Below are positions 47,874-58,859 of a stretch of DNA of 64,000 nt, one piece after another. Both the position numbers and the translations under genes were made by a program. How positions within the stretch are numbered: position 1 is the first letter of the stretch; each line of letters starts with the position of its first letter. Origin of the DNA: an uncultured Thermoleophilia bacterium (GTDB lineage Bacteria > Actinomycetota > Thermoleophilia > UBA2241); the NCBI GenBank assembly GCA_963705085.1, contig CAVPIV010000001.1, forward strand, positions 22,443-86,442, written 5' to 3'. The notes under the pieces are model-generated. The model was not told the origin of the DNA. It was given only the letters and a program-made list of their open reading frames with translations, and did no database searches.

Positions 47874-50642
47874 TCAGCCGGCTGCCTCGCAGGCAACGCA
47901 GCGTGCCGTGCCGGCCGCCGCCGCTTCCCCTTCGGCCGGCGGCTCCTTGTCCACCCGCACCGCACAGACCTTGAACTCCGCCGTCTTGGTGACAGGGTCG
48001 CCGGCCGAGTTGGTGAGCTCGTTGACCGGTGACTCCTTGTAGTGGAGCGTCATGAACATCGTGCCGGTGGGCACGCGGTCAGTAACACTGACCCGCGTGC
48101 GGATCGAACCGCGCCGCGAGGTGACGCGCACCATCTCGCCGTCGGCGACGCCGAGGCGCCGCGCGTCGGCCGGGCTGAGCTCGGCCAGCTCATGCGGGCG
48201 CAGCCACTCGAGGTTCTCGCAGTGCCGAGTCATCACGTTGTGGTGGTAGAGCATCCGTCCGGTCGTGAGGAGCAGCGGGTACTCCTCGTCGGTGAGCTCG
48301 GCGGGCTCCTGGAACGGGATACCCTGCAGGAGCCCCTTGCCGCGCGTGAACTTGCCCTTGTGCAGGTACTGGGTGCCCGGATGATCCTCGGTCGGGCAGG
48401 GCCACTGCAGCCCGACCGTCCCGAGACGCTCGTACGTCATGCCGGCGTACTGTGGGATGACGGTGCGCATCTCCTCGAAGACCTCCTCGGGACTCGTGAA
48501 CGGCATCGGGTAGCCGAGACGGGTAGCGAGGTCGAGGATGATCTGCCAGTCCTCACGGCACTGGCCTGGGGGCTCAACGGCCTTGCGGACACGTTGTACG
48601 CGACGTTCAGTGTTGGTGAAGGTGCCGTCCTTCTCCGCGTAGCAGGAGGACGGCAGGAAGACGTCGGCGTACTTGGCCGTCTCGGACATGAGCATGTTCT
48701 GGCAGACGAGGAAGTCGAGGCTCTCCATCGCCTTGCGCACGTGGTTGGCGTCGGCGTCGGTGAGCACGGGGTCCTCACCCATGATGAACATGGCCTTGAG
48801 GTCGCCAGCTACTGCGGCGTCGAACATCTCCGGTATGCGCAGGCCGATCTTCTCGGGCATGGACACGCCGTAGGCGGCCGAGAACCTGGCCTTGGCCGCC
48901 TCGTCCAGCACGCTCGGGTACCCCGGGAACGAGTTGGGGAGGGCGCCTACGTCGCACGAACCTTGCACGTTGTTCTGGCCGCGTAGCGGGTTGATGCCGG
49001 CGAACTCGATGCCGATGTGGCCGGTGATCATGGCCAGGTTGGCGAGGTTCATGACGTTGGCAGTACCGACGGTGTGTTCCGTGATGCCAAGCGTGTAGAA
49101 GATGCCCGCCCGCCGCGTCGTGGCGTAGAGCTCGGCCGCCGCGACAATCGTCGCGGCGGGCACGCCCGTGATCGCCGCGGCCTTCTCGGCGGTGAAGTCC
49201 TTGATCGTCTCCCAGAGGTCGTCGAACCCCTCGCAGCGCTCCTCGATGTAGGCCACGTCGTGCCAGCCGTTGCTGATGATCGTGTGGAGGATGCCGTCGA
49301 TGAGCGCGTTGTCGGTGCCTGCCTTGAGGCGCAGCCAGAGGTGGGAGTGCTCCGCCAGCTCGGTGCGTCGCGGGTCGGCGACGATGAGCTTGGCGCCGTT
49401 CTGTGCGGCGCGCTTCATCTTGTTGCCGATGATCGGGTGCGCCTCGGTGGCGTTGGATCCGATGATGAAGAGGACGTCGTTGTGCTCGATCTCGCCGATG
49501 GAGTTGCTCATGGCGCCTGAACCCAGTGTGGCGGCCAGACCGGCCACCGTTGGCGCGTGTCAGGTGCGGGCGCAGTGATCGATGCTGTTCGTGTTCAGGC
49601 CCGCCCGCGTGAGGCGCTGGAGCAGGTAGTTCTCCTCGTTCGTGCAGCGGGCCGAGCCGAGCACGCCGATCGCCATGGCGGAGTGCTTCTCCTTGATGGC
49701 GAGCAGCCGCTCGGCGATCAGGTCAAGAGCTTCGTCCCACGAAGCCTCCTCGAAGACCCCGTCACGCTTGATCAGGGGCGTCGTGATGCGGTCGGGGCTG
49801 GTGATGACGTCGGTGTGGAACCGGCCCTTGACGCACAGGGAGCCCTGGTTGACCGGGGCGTCGTAGGCGGCGGTGACGCCGACCACCTTGCCGTCGGCGA
49901 CGTTCAGGTCGAAGTTGCAGCCGACGCCACAGAAGGGGCAGGTGGTGCGCACTTTGCTGCGGTCCCACGTGCGGGTGCCCTTGAGCTGCTTGTTGATGAT
50001 GGCCCCGCTCGGGCAGATGTCAATGCACTGGCCGCAGAAGCGGCAGAACGAAATGTCGAGCGGGCGGTCGAAGGGTCCGGCCACCAAGGAGTCGAAACCA
50101 CGTCGGGTGACGCCGATGGCATCGGTGACCTGCACCTCGTGGCAGACACGGACGCATTTGCCGCAGAGGATGCACTTGTTCATGTCGCGCTCGATCATCG
50201 GGTTCTCGGACTCGATGGGGAGCGCCTGCCTTAGGGCGGGGAAGCTGCTGCCCTTGACGCCGTACCGGTAGCAGGTGTCCTGCAAGGCGCAGGCGCCAGC
50301 CTGCTCGCAGGTCAAGCAATCAAGGGGGTGATCGGCGAGGAGTAGATCGAGGATCATGCGGCGGGTCGAGACGACGGCCTCCGACTCGGTCTCGATGACC
50401 ATGCCGTCGTGGAGCGGGGTACTGCAGGACGCGACGAGATCGCGACGGCCCTCGACCTCGACGACGCACAGCCGGCAGGCGGCGACGGGGCGCAGGGTCT
50501 CATCGTGACAGAGTGTCGGGATATCGATCCCCAGGTCGCGGGCCGCCTCGAGGATGGTGGTGCCGAGGGGCACGTGGACGACGTGCCCGTCGATCCTTGC
50601 ATGGACAGTCGCGAGGACCTCCTCGTCTGACGTGCCGGTCAT
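47874..50642 (-). CDS. fdhF: Formate dehydrogenase alpha subunit, selenocysteine-containing (N-terminal 2Fe-2S/4Fe-4S domains plus Mo-bisPGD domain). The in-frame TGA at 49560-49562 (plus coordinates) encodes Sec.
   Basis: ORFs 49560-50717 and 47874-49547 are one frame: ...[30 protein letters not shown] aligns with E. coli FdhF ...CCARV-U-HGPSVAGLHQSVGNGAMSNA. Start at ATG 50642 with GGAAGGGAG SD. Confidence 0.9.
49520..49559 (-). other. Bacterial SECIS-like stem-loop immediately 3' of the UGA
   Basis: mRNA: UGA-CACGCGCCAAC (11 nt) then GGUGGCC-GGUCU-GGCCGCC. Spacing, GGU stem start and GGUCU apical loop mirror the E. coli fdhF SECIS. Confidence 0.6.
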
Positions 50643-50785
50643 GCCGCTCCCTTCCGTGGCTGCTCCTGAGCGCGAGAGCCGCTGGTTCTCGCGCTGAAAG
50701 GAGGAGTGAGTGTACACCGTGCGCGGCGAGGTGAATAGGTCTGCCCCGCTCCGGTATCCCCGGAGAGCCGGCGAGAGGCCATCTT

Positions 50786-51523
50786 GTGGACCCGTCGCGG
50801 GCCGTGTACCGTGCCGTCGTGCCCCGTCTCCTCGCCCAGCACGAGCACCCGTGGCGGGTGTCGCTCGCGGATGCCGCCGCGACCCAGACGCGCCTTGCCG
50901 CCGAGGTGCGCCTGCGGCCTGTGCCGGCGGCAGGCCCAGGGTCTCCGCGGCTCGCGGCCGGTGTCGACGCCGCCTACACGAAGGACCGCGCCCACGCCTG
51001 GGCGGGGGCGGTCGTCATGGACTCGCGCTTCAGAGCGGTGTCGTCCGTCGTCGTGGAGGGCGAGCCAGATCTCGAGTATGCGCCCGGCTACCTCGCGTTC
51101 CGTGAGGGGCGGCTCGCCGTGGAGGCTCTCTGCGCTTTGGACGTCGATCCCGACGTGGTCTTCCTCGACGGCCACGGCGTGGTTCATGCTCGGGGCTGCG
51201 GTCTCGCCTCGCACATCGGCGTGCTCCTCGGGCTGCCGACGATCGGGGCGCCCAAGGCGCCGTTCCACGCCATTGATCATCAGCCGGGTCCGCGGCGCGG
51301 CGACTACTACATCCTCAGCAAGGAGTGGGGCGCCCAAGGCGCGTCGCTCCGGCTGAAGGCCGGCGTCAAGCCTGTCTACGTCTCACCGGGCAACCTGGTC
51401 GATCTCGAGAGCGCGATTGCGCTCGCTCTCGCATGGTCCAGCGGGCGCCGGCGCGTGCCGGAGCCGTTGGCGGCCGCTCACACGCTGTCAGTGCGGGCCC
51501 GCAGTCGCGCCCTGGGCCTCTGA
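50786..51523 (+). CDS. nfi: Endonuclease V
   Basis: AGVDAAYT...GYLAFREG...VVFLDGHGVVHARGCGLASHIGVLLGLPTIGAPK; GAGAGG SD before GTG. Confidence 0.85.
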   Translation: MDPSRAVYRAVVPRLLAQHEHPWRVSLADAAATQTRLAAEVRLRPVPAAGPGSPRLAAGVDAAYTKDRAHAWAGAVVMDSRFRAVSSVVVEGEPDLEYAPGYLAFREGRLAVEALCALDVDPDVVFLDGHGVVHARGCGLASHIGVLLGLPTIGAPKAPFHAIDHQPGPRRGDYYILSKEWGAQGASLRLKAGVKPVYVSPGNLVDLESAIALALAWSSGRRRVPEPLAAAHTLSVRARSRALGL

Positions 51524-51538
51524 GCGGACGGAGGGGCG

Positions 51539-52864
51539 TCACACGGCCGCCGACGCGTTCCCCAGTCTCACGAGAACCAGGGCCTCTGCGAGGATGCAGC
51601 GCTCGAGCTCGGTGAGCGATACGCTCTCATCGGAGGAGTGGATTCGGCAGCCGGGTTCCTCGGCGCCGAACAGGACGATCTCCGCCTTGGGCACCGCGTC
51701 GTGGAAGGCCGCCACCAGTGGCACCGAGCCGCCCTGGCCCACGTGGACCACCTCCGCGCCGAAGGCGTCCCGGAGGGCGGTCGTGACGATGGCGCCCGCT
51801 CGTCCGGTCTCGCCGGCGAGGAAGCCGTCGCCGAGCACGCCGTCGCGCACGGTGAGCTTCACGTGCCACGGCGCGACCGCCTCGAGGTGGCGTCGCAGGG
51901 TCTCCCGGGCGCGCCCGGGATCGCGCCCGGGAGGTACCCGGACGCTGACCTTTGCCCGGACCTGCGCCACAACCGCGTTGGGCGCGCCGTCGACCGGTGG
52001 CGCGTCGAGCCCAGTGACCGTGACGGCGGGGCGCGTCCAGAGGCGCTCACTCAGACGGCCTCGGCCGACGAGGTCAACGCCGTCAAGCACGCCGGCATCG
52101 GCGCGGAACTCGTCCTCGGGGTAGTCGGCGCCCGCCCAGGCGACCGCCTCGAGGCCTGGAACCGCGACATCGCCCCTGTCGTCGACGAGGGTGGCGAGCA
52201 TCTTCGCCATGGCGAGCAGGGCGTCCGGGGCGGCGCCCCCGAAGGAGCCGCTGTGGACCGGCGCTCGCAGCGTCTCGACGTCGACCTCGACGGCCGCGAA
52301 GCCGCGCAGGGACGTCGTCAACGTTGGCAACCCGAGCCTGGCGTTGCCAACGTCCGCCACGACGATCAGGTCGGCGGCCACGGTCTCCGGGGTTCGCCTC
52401 ACCCACGTCTCGAGGGTACCGAGGCCCGCCTCCTCCTCACCCTCGATCAGGACCTTGACGCCGATCTCCAGCTCGTCGCCTGCGGCACGAAGGGCGTTCA
52501 CGTGCAGCACGACGCCGGACTTGTCGTCGGCGGCGCCCCGGCCGTAGAGGCGCCCGTCGCGCAGCGTCGGCGAGAAGGCCGGCGACGTCCAGCCGTTCTC
52601 GTCGCCGGGCGGCTGGACGTCGTAGTGGGCGTAGAGCAGGACGGTCAGCTGCCCCGGCGGTGCAGGGCGGTGAGCGAGGACGGCGGGTGGCCCGCCGGGG
52701 ATGTCGAGCAGTCGAACGTCAGGCAGGCCGCAGGCGCTAAGCTGGTCGGCGACGGCCCGCGCCGCCTGCTGGACCGGCTCGCTGGGATACCCGGGGAAGG
52801 CGATCGACGGGATCCGTACGAGCTCTGCGAGCTCGGACTGCGCCTGCGGCATGAGCGCCTGCAC
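51539..52864 (-). CDS. M20 family peptidase (ArgE/DapE/dipeptidase-like)
   Basis: [13 protein letters not shown]...[11 protein letters not shown]...IEGEEEAGL motifs. Confidence 0.85.
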   Translation of the reverse strand: MQALMPQAQSELAELVRIPSIAFPGYPSEPVQQAARAVADQLSACGLPDVRLLDIPGGPPAVLAHRPAPPGQLTVLLYAHYDVQPPGDENGWTSPAFSPTLRDGRLYGRGAADDKSGVVLHVNALRAAGDELEIGVKVLIEGEEEAGLGTLETWVRRTPETVAADLIVVADVGNARLGLPTLTTSLRGFAAVEVDVETLRAPVHSGSFGGAAPDALLAMAKMLATLVDDRGDVAVPGLEAVAWAGADYPEDEFRADAGVLDGVDLVGRGRLSERLWTRPAVTVTGLDAPPVDGAPNAVVAQVRAKVSVRVPPGRDPGRARETLRRHLEAVAPWHVKLTVRDGVLGDGFLAGETGRAGAIVTTALRDAFGAEVVHVGQGGSVPLVAAFHDAVPKAEIVLFGAEEPGCRIHSSDESVSLTELERCILAEALVLVRLGNASAAV

Positions 52865-52878
52865 ACGCGTGCGCAGGT

Positions 52879-53485
52879 GTCATCGTGGCCACGCAGATGC
52901 TCGAGTCGATGATCGAGCACCCGGTCCCGACGCGCGCCGAGGTGTCGGATGTCGCCGGGGCGGTGAACGACGGGGCGGACGCCGTGATGCTCTCGGGCGA
53001 GACGGCCGTCGGGGCCTTTGCCGTCGAGGCGGTCCGGACGATGGACGAGATCGCGCGGGTGGCCGAGGCGCAGAGGCCGATGCCGGTCGAAGCCTCCTCA
53101 CCGGATCTCCGACGGGGAAGACCACACGCCGGTCGTCTGCGACATGGCCGTCGTCGCGGCGCGGCGCGCGGGGGCGCAGGCGATGGTCGTCTACACGGCG
53201 TCGGGCCGGACGGCGCGCCTTCTCTCGAAGGAGGATTCCCGGATTCCGATCGTGGCGATCACGAACTCCGAGGAGGTTCGGCGACGGCTCACCCTCCTCC
53301 GGAACGTCGTCTCGTACTGCATTCCGGCGTCCTCGTCGGTCGAAGGGATGATCGCGAGCGGGGACGCCGTCCTTCGGGCGCACGGCCTCGCCGAGGCGAC
53401 GGTCGTCGAGGTCTCGGGCGCCGCGGCCATCGAAGGGGCGACGAACACCGTGACGGATCCGGACGCTCAAGCCCGCTCGCAAGTG
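52879..53485 (+). pseudogene. Pyruvate kinase fragment: 5'-truncated (begins mid-barrel at ...[15 protein letters not shown]...) with an internal frameshift about 53090-53110, then the C-terminal regulatory domain
   Basis: [42 protein letters not shown] (PK active-site region) appears with no upstream PK sequence; a TGA lies in-frame 25 nt upstream. The C-domain ([15 protein letters not shown]...[10 protein letters not shown]) is in another frame. Confidence 0.7.
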
Positions 53486-54356
53486 ATGCCGTTCGGCGGA
53501 GCCGACCTCCACTTCCACTCGACCTTCTCGGACGGCGTCGAGTCGCCCGCAGAGCTGGTCCTGCGCGCCGTGGCGGCCGGCCTTTCCGTCGCCGCCCTGA
53601 CCGATCACGACGCCGTCCACGGCGTACCGGCGTTCGTGCAGGCGGCGGCGGGGACGGGGCTCGTCGCCGCCGGGGGCGCCGAACTCTCGGTCGACGACGG
53701 GGGAGAGGACGTCCACCTCCTGGGGCTGTTCCTCGACCCGGAGGAGCCCGACCTGATCGAACGGCTCACCTGGTTCCGCCAGGTGCGGGACCAGCGCGGC
53801 GAGGCGATCGTCGAGAAGCTCGCGCAGCTCGGGGTGACGCTCGACCTCGCGGCGCTCCGGGCGGAGGTCGGCGCCGGCGCCTTCGGGCGCCCGCACGTGG
53901 CGCGCGCCCTCGTCGCGAAGGGGGTCGTTCAGAGCGTCGGGGAGGCCTTCGACCGGTACCTCGGTGACGGCGGCCCGGCGTTCGTCCCGAAGGCGAAATG
54001 GGGACTCTGCCGAGGCGATCGGGGCGGTCCGCCGGGCCGGGGGCCTCGCGGTCCTCGCCCACCCGGTCTGGTATCGCGATCCGGGCGAGCTCCTCCGGAG
54101 GGGGCGTGACCTCGGTCTCGACGGAGTCGAGGTCTTCCATCCCGACAACGACGGACGCGAGGAGGAGTTCGGCGCGGAGGCCGAGGCGCTCGGCCTCCTC
54201 GTGACGGCGGGCTCCGATTTCCACTCTGCCGCCGACGGGGGGCTGACCCTCGGCGCACGTCGGCTCGACGAGCCGCTCTGGGAGAGGGTCGCCGAGGCGG
54301 CGACGGCGCGTCGGCGCGACGCGGGCCGTCCGGCGCTCGACCTCTCTCCTCGCTGA
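53486..54356 (+). CDS. PHP-domain phosphoesterase; frame disrupted about 53990-54010
   Basis: [17 protein letters not shown]...TDHD...[18 protein letters not shown]... continues in another frame as [19 protein letters not shown]...EVFHPDN...AGSDFHS. Same frame as the preceding PK C-domain, so the boundary is unclear. Confidence 0.6.
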
Positions 54357-54393
54357 CCCTTCCGGCGCGAGATTGGTGTAGAACAGGCGGCCC

Positions 54394-55752
54394 ATGGCTC
54401 CCGTCGTCCCAGCCGAACTCGAGACCCTGCCCTCGCGCCCGGAGGTGGAGCGGAGCCTCCTCGGAGCGCTCCTGATCGACGGCGGTCTCCTCACGCGCGT
54501 GATGGAGCACGTCGTTCCGGAGGACTTCGCCTCCGAGCCGCACCGTCTCGTCTACGAGGCGTGCCTCGCCCTCTCCGACCGGAAGGAAGCGGTCGACCTC
54601 GTGATGGTCGAGTCCGAGCTCGAGCGGAACGGGCGGCTCGCGAGGGCCGGCGGGACGGCCTACCTCGCGGGCCTTCTCGACAACGTTCCCGACGTCGAGA
54701 GCGTCGACAGCTACGCGCGGCTCGTCCGCGAGGCCGCGCTGCGCCGCCAGCTGATCCTCCAGTCGCGCCGCGCTGCGCGCGCCGCGGTCGACGCCCCCGA
54801 CGCGCAGGCCGTCCTCGAGGTCGCCCAGCAGGAGCTCGTCGACATCGCCAAGGGGAGCCTGAGGGGCGGGTTCGTGCGCCTCTCCCAGATCGCGGAGAAG
54901 AACGAGGAGGAGATCCAGAAGATCCAGGCGCGCGGCTCGATGCTGACGGGCCTGCCGACGGGCTTCTCGCGCCTCAACGCCCTGACCCAGGGCCTGCAGA
55001 AGACCGACCTCATCGTCCTGGCCGCCCGGCCCGGGATGGGGAAGACGGCGTTCGCGCTCAACATCGCCTCGTACCTGACGATCCACAGCGGGTACTGCGT
55101 CGCCTTCTTCTCGCTCGAGATGAGCGCGCCCCAGCTCGGATTCCGCATCCAGTGCGCCGAGGCGCGCGTGAACCTCCAGCGGCTGCGCGAGGGGCGCCTG
55201 TCGAAGGAAGAGAAGAAGTTCCTCTTCTACACGACGCAGCAGATGCGCGACGCGCGCTTCTACATCGACGACCAGCCGTCGATCTCCCTCCTCGAGATGC
55301 GGGCGCGGGCCCTCCAGCTCAAGCAGGCGCAGAAGGGGCTCGACGCGATCTTCGTCGACTACCTCCAGATCATGGGCTCGCGGCAGAAGTACGAGAACCG
55401 GACGCAGGAGGTCGGCGCCTACTCGCGCGGGCTGAAGGCGCTCGCCAAGGAGCTCGACGTCCCCGTCATCGCCCTCGCGCAGCTCTCGCGACGCACGGAG
55501 CAGCGGGGGTCGGAGAAGGAGCCGCAGCTCTCGGACCTGCGCGAGTCGGGCGCCATCGAGCAGGACGCCGATCTCGTCATCTTCCTCTCGAGGCCCGAGT
55601 ACTACGACAAGGACACGCCGGACAAGAACGTCTGCGAGGTCATCATCGCCAAGCAGAGGAACGGTCCCACGGGACGCTTCTCCGTCGGGTGGTCGGGCGA
55701 GACGACCCGCTTCTCCGACCTCGCCCAGGTGCCCGAAGGCGCCGGGATGTGA
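54394..55752 (+). CDS. dnaB: Replicative DNA helicase
   Basis: Full-length DnaB (GPTGTGKTAFALNIA-type Walker A ARPGMGKTAF, IFVDYLQIM, ALAQLSRRTEQR, QRNGPTG). Intact. Confidence 0.9.
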   Translation: MAPVVPAELETLPSRPEVERSLLGALLIDGGLLTRVMEHVVPEDFASEPHRLVYEACLALSDRKEAVDLVMVESELERNGRLARAGGTAYLAGLLDNVPDVESVDSYARLVREAALRRQLILQSRRAARAAVDAPDAQAVLEVAQQELVDIAKGSLRGGFVRLSQIAEKNEEEIQKIQARGSMLTGLPTGFSRLNALTQGLQKTDLIVLAARPGMGKTAFALNIASYLTIHSGYCVAFFSLEMSAPQLGFRIQCAEARVNLQRLREGRLSKEEKKFLFYTTQQMRDARFYIDDQPSISLLEMRARALQLKQAQKGLDAIFVDYLQIMGSRQKYENRTQEVGAYSRGLKALAKELDVPVIALAQLSRRTEQRGSEKEPQLSDLRESGAIEQDADLVIFLSRPEYYDKDTPDKNVCEVIIAKQRNGPTGRFSVGWSGETTRFSDLAQVPEGAGM

Positions 55753-55839
55753 ACGGGCGGATCGCGCCGGGTATCATCGGCCGCAGAGAGCCTCTCTTGA
55801 CCCGAACGCTTCCCGACGCACCTTTCGACAGGAGGTCCG

Positions 55840-56609
55840 ATGGGCTTCCTTGAACCCGTCGGCAGGCTCGCCCTCGACGCCCTCGAGTTCCACGGCCGCT
55901 GCATCTCGCTCCTCGGCCTGACGGTGCGGGGCCTCTTCCGGAAGCCCTTCGACGGCCGGGCCCTCGCCACGCAGGTCGTTCGGGTCGGCTTCGACGGGCT
56001 CCCGGTCGTCCTCCTGACGGCCGTCTTCACCGGGGCGGTCCTGGCTCTCCAGACCTACGTCGGGTTCAAGCGCTTCCACGCGGAGGCGTGGGTCGGCTCC
56101 GTCGTCGCGCTCTCCATGCTCCGCGAGCTGGCGCCGGTCCTGACGGGCCTGATGGTCACCGGCAGGTCGGGGAGCGCGATGGCCGCCGAGATCGGCTCGA
56201 TGCGCGTGACGGAGCAGATCGACGCCCTGGTCTCCCTGGCGACCGACCCGGTCCAGTACCTCTTCGTCCCGAGGATCCTGGCGGGGATCATCGTCGTCCC
56301 GATGCTCGTCGTCCTCGCGAACGCTCTCGGGATCACCGGCGGCTACCTCGTCGCGGTGCGCCTGCTCGGCGCGAACCCGGTCGTCTACGTCCAGAACACG
56401 TTCCAGTTCCTCGCACCTGAACGACCTCTGGTCGGGCCTCGTCAAGGCGGCGCGTCTTCGGCTTCCTCCTGACGCTCATCGGCTGCCAGCAGGGCTTCGA
56501 CACGACGAACGGAGCGGAAGGGGTGGGCCGCGCGACGACGGCGGCCGTCGTCCTCGGGTCGCTCGCCATCCTCGTCTCCGACTTCTTCCTGACGAAGGTG
56601 CTCTTCTGA
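55840..56609 (+). CDS. mlaE: MlaE-type ABC permease; two +1 frame disruptions near the 3' end (about 56425 and 56455)
   Basis: ORF 55840-56472 then NDLWSGLVKAA and FGFLLTLIGCQQGFDTTNGAEGVGRATTAAVVLGSLAILVSDFFLTKVLF* in shifted frames. Confidence 0.7.
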
Positions 56610-56619
56610 GCGCGGCCGC

Positions 56620-57417
56620 TCCGGGCCCGGTCCCGCGAGGCCCCGCCCGAGATCCGGCTGACGGCGCCTCTCGAAGCGCTTCGGCCCGAAGGTCGTCCTC
56701 GACGGGCTCGACCTGGCCATCGCGAAGGGGGAGTCGATCGTCATCCTCGGCAAGTCGGGGACGGGGAAGAGCGTCCTGCTCAAACACATGATCGGGCTCC
56801 TGACGCCCGACGCCGGGGCAGTGGAGGTCGAGGGCGAAGACCTGTGGAGCGCATCCCGCTCCCGCCGCGACGAGATCCGCCGCCGCTTCGGGATGTCGTT
56901 CCAGGAGGGGGCTCTCTTCGACTCGATGAGCGTCGGCGAGAACATCGCGTTCCCGCTGAAGCGGCACACGAAGATGACCCCGGACGAGGTGAGGGCGCGC
57001 GTGGCCGAGTGCCTCTCCCTCGTGAAGCTCCGCGGAATCGAGGGGAAGCGCCCCTCGGAGCTCTCGGGCGGCATGCGGCGGCGCGTCGGCTTCGCGCGGG
57101 CCATCGCGCTGAAGCCGGAGGTGCTCCTCTTCGACGAGCCGACGACCGGGCTCGACCCGATCACGACGGACGTCCTCGCCCGCGTGATGATCGACCTGAG
57201 GGACCGGATGAACCCGACGATGGTGACGATCACCCACGACCTGAAGGTCGCGTTCGAGGTCGCCGAGCGTGTCGCTCTCCTCGACCGCGGGAAGATCCTC
57301 GTCGACCTCCCGCCGAGGGAGTTCGAGGCGTCGGACGACCCGCGCGTGAGGGCGTTCGTCCAGGGTGACGGGAGCGAGGACGCGGAGTCCGGGGCTCCCG
57401 AGGAGGCAACTGTATGA
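56620..57417 (+). CDS. mlaF: MlaF-type ABC ATP-binding protein; 5' region frame-disrupted (about 56660), start codon not identifiable
   Basis: ...SKRFGPKVVLDGLDLAIAKGESIVILGKSGTGKSVLLKHMIGLL... (Walker A), LSGGMRRRV, LLFDEPTTGLDP; upstream PEIRLT is in a different frame. Confidence 0.65.
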
Positions 57418-58270
57418 ACGCGACGGCCAAGATCGGCCTTTTCGCCCTGGCGGTCCTGCTCGCGCTCGCCGTCCTCGTCCTCAAGATCGAGGACCTGCCG
57501 TTTCCCGGAAAGGCGCGTGCGGCCTCGGCGGAGGTCACCTTCACCGACGTGGCCGGGCTCGACGACAAGTCGACGGTGCGGATCGCCGGCGTGAGGGTCG
57601 GCAAGGTCGACGGCGATCCGCCTCCTTCCGGACGGCACGGCGGTGGCGCGGCTCGTCTTCGACGGCGACGTCGAGCTGCGCGACGGGGCCTGGGGCCAGG
57701 TGAAGAACCTCGGCCTGCTCGGCGACAAGTACGTCGACCTCTTCGCGGGGGACCCGATGAAGCCCCGCCTGCCCGAAGGGGCCCGCATCCCCGGGCGGGT
57801 TCCCGTGCGAGTTCGACGAGCTGACGAAGCTCGCGAGCGACATCGGCAAGGACGTCAAGGAGCTGACCAGCGCCCTTTCGGGTTCCATGGGAGGCGAAAC
57901 GGGGGAGGCGAAGATCAACCGGATCGTCGACAACGTCGGCGCCCTCGCCGAGCAGCTGAAGAACCTCGTCGAGTCGAACCGGCAGAACGTCGACGTCACG
58001 ATGGCGAACCTGCGCGAGTTCTCCTCGTCGATCCGCGAGACGCTCGCCCGCCTCGACCGGATCCTCGACGAGAACCGGTCGGGGGTGAAGGGGTCCGTCG
58101 CGAACATCGAGGACCTGTCGGGGAAGCTGAAGATCTCCGCCGACAACCTGAACTCGATCACGGGCAAGCTCGACAGCGGACAGGGGACGATGGGCAAGCT
58201 CCTGAACGACGAGACGACCCACGAGAACCTGAACGAGGCGCTCACGTCGATCAAGACGGGCGTCGAGTAG
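57414..58270 (+). CDS. mlaD: MlaD/Mce-domain protein; two frame disruptions (about 57610 and 57800)
   Basis: Signal anchor plus STVRIAGVRVGKVD in frame 1; LPDGTAVARLVFDGDVELRDGAWGQVKNLGLLGDKYVDLF in frame 2; FDELTKLASDIGKDVKEL...TSIKTGVE* in frame 3. ATGA overlap with mlaF. Confidence 0.65.
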
Positions 58271-58272
58271 CT

Positions 58273-58856
58273 GAACACGACGCTGACCCGGATCAACCAT
58301 ATCGAGCTCGACCTCGGCTTCTACGGCGAGTACGCGACGCGGACCGAAGGGTGGAAGGGCGTGGCCCGGATCGACGTGACGCCGCGCGAGGGCAAGTTCT
58401 ACCGCTTCGAGGCGATCGGCCTTCAGGACGGACGGCGCTTCGACGAGACGTACCAGTACGAGACGAGCATCGACGGCGGGCCGCCGACCGTCGTGACGAC
58501 GACGGTCACGCGGACCGAGGACGAGTTCGCCTTCTCGGCCCAGCTCGGCTACCGTTTCAAGGACACGATGCTCCGGGCGGGGCTGATCGAATCGCGCGGG
58601 GGCGTCGCGATCGACCAGCTCCTCCTGAAGGACCGGCTTCAGCTCTCCGCCGAGGCGTGGGACTTCGGCCGGCCCGATGGGCAATGCGCAGGTGAAGCTC
58701 TTCGGGCAGTGGCAGTCCCGGGGCGCGGTCTTCGTCCGCAGCGGCGTCACCGACATCATCAACCCCGCGGGGCGCTCGTTCTTCTTCGGTGCGGGGATCC
58801 GCTGGAAGGACGAGGACATCAAGATGCTCCTCCCGGCTGCCGCCGGCGCCTTCTAG
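58273..58856 (+). CDS. Hypothetical protein (possible outer-membrane-associated, ends in Phe), contiguous in frame with mlaD after an in-frame TAG; one internal frameshift (about 58690); no obvious start codon
   Basis: ...IELDLGFYGEYATRTEGWKGVARIDVTPREGKFYRFEAIGLQDGRRFDETYQYETSIDGG...AEAWDFGRPDG then shift to NAQVKLFGQWQSRGAVFVRSGVTDIINPAGRSFFFGAGIRWKDEDIKMLLPAAAGAF*. Confidence 0.4.
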
Positions 58857-58859
58857 CTG

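Noticed and set aside
50643-50717. 25-aa N-terminal extension of the FDH ORF (MYTHSSFQRENQRLSRSGAATEGSG)
   Set aside because: A strong GGAAGGGAG SD sits 5 nt before the internal ATG at 50642, and FDH homology starts there. The extension is just an upstream in-frame stretch.
52879-53485. Pyruvate kinase as an intact gene with an upstream start
   Set aside because: An in-frame TGA lies 25 nt upstream of the first PK-homologous residue, and the preceding sequence is the divergent M20 peptidase start. No N-terminal PK domain exists in any frame.
53018-54109. Single long ORF suggesting a pyruvate-kinase-C-domain-PHP fusion protein
   Set aside because: The PK portion lacks its N-terminal two-thirds and is itself frameshifted, and the PHP portion is frameshifted again. 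The continuity is more likely an artefact of indels in an error-dense region than a genuine fusion.
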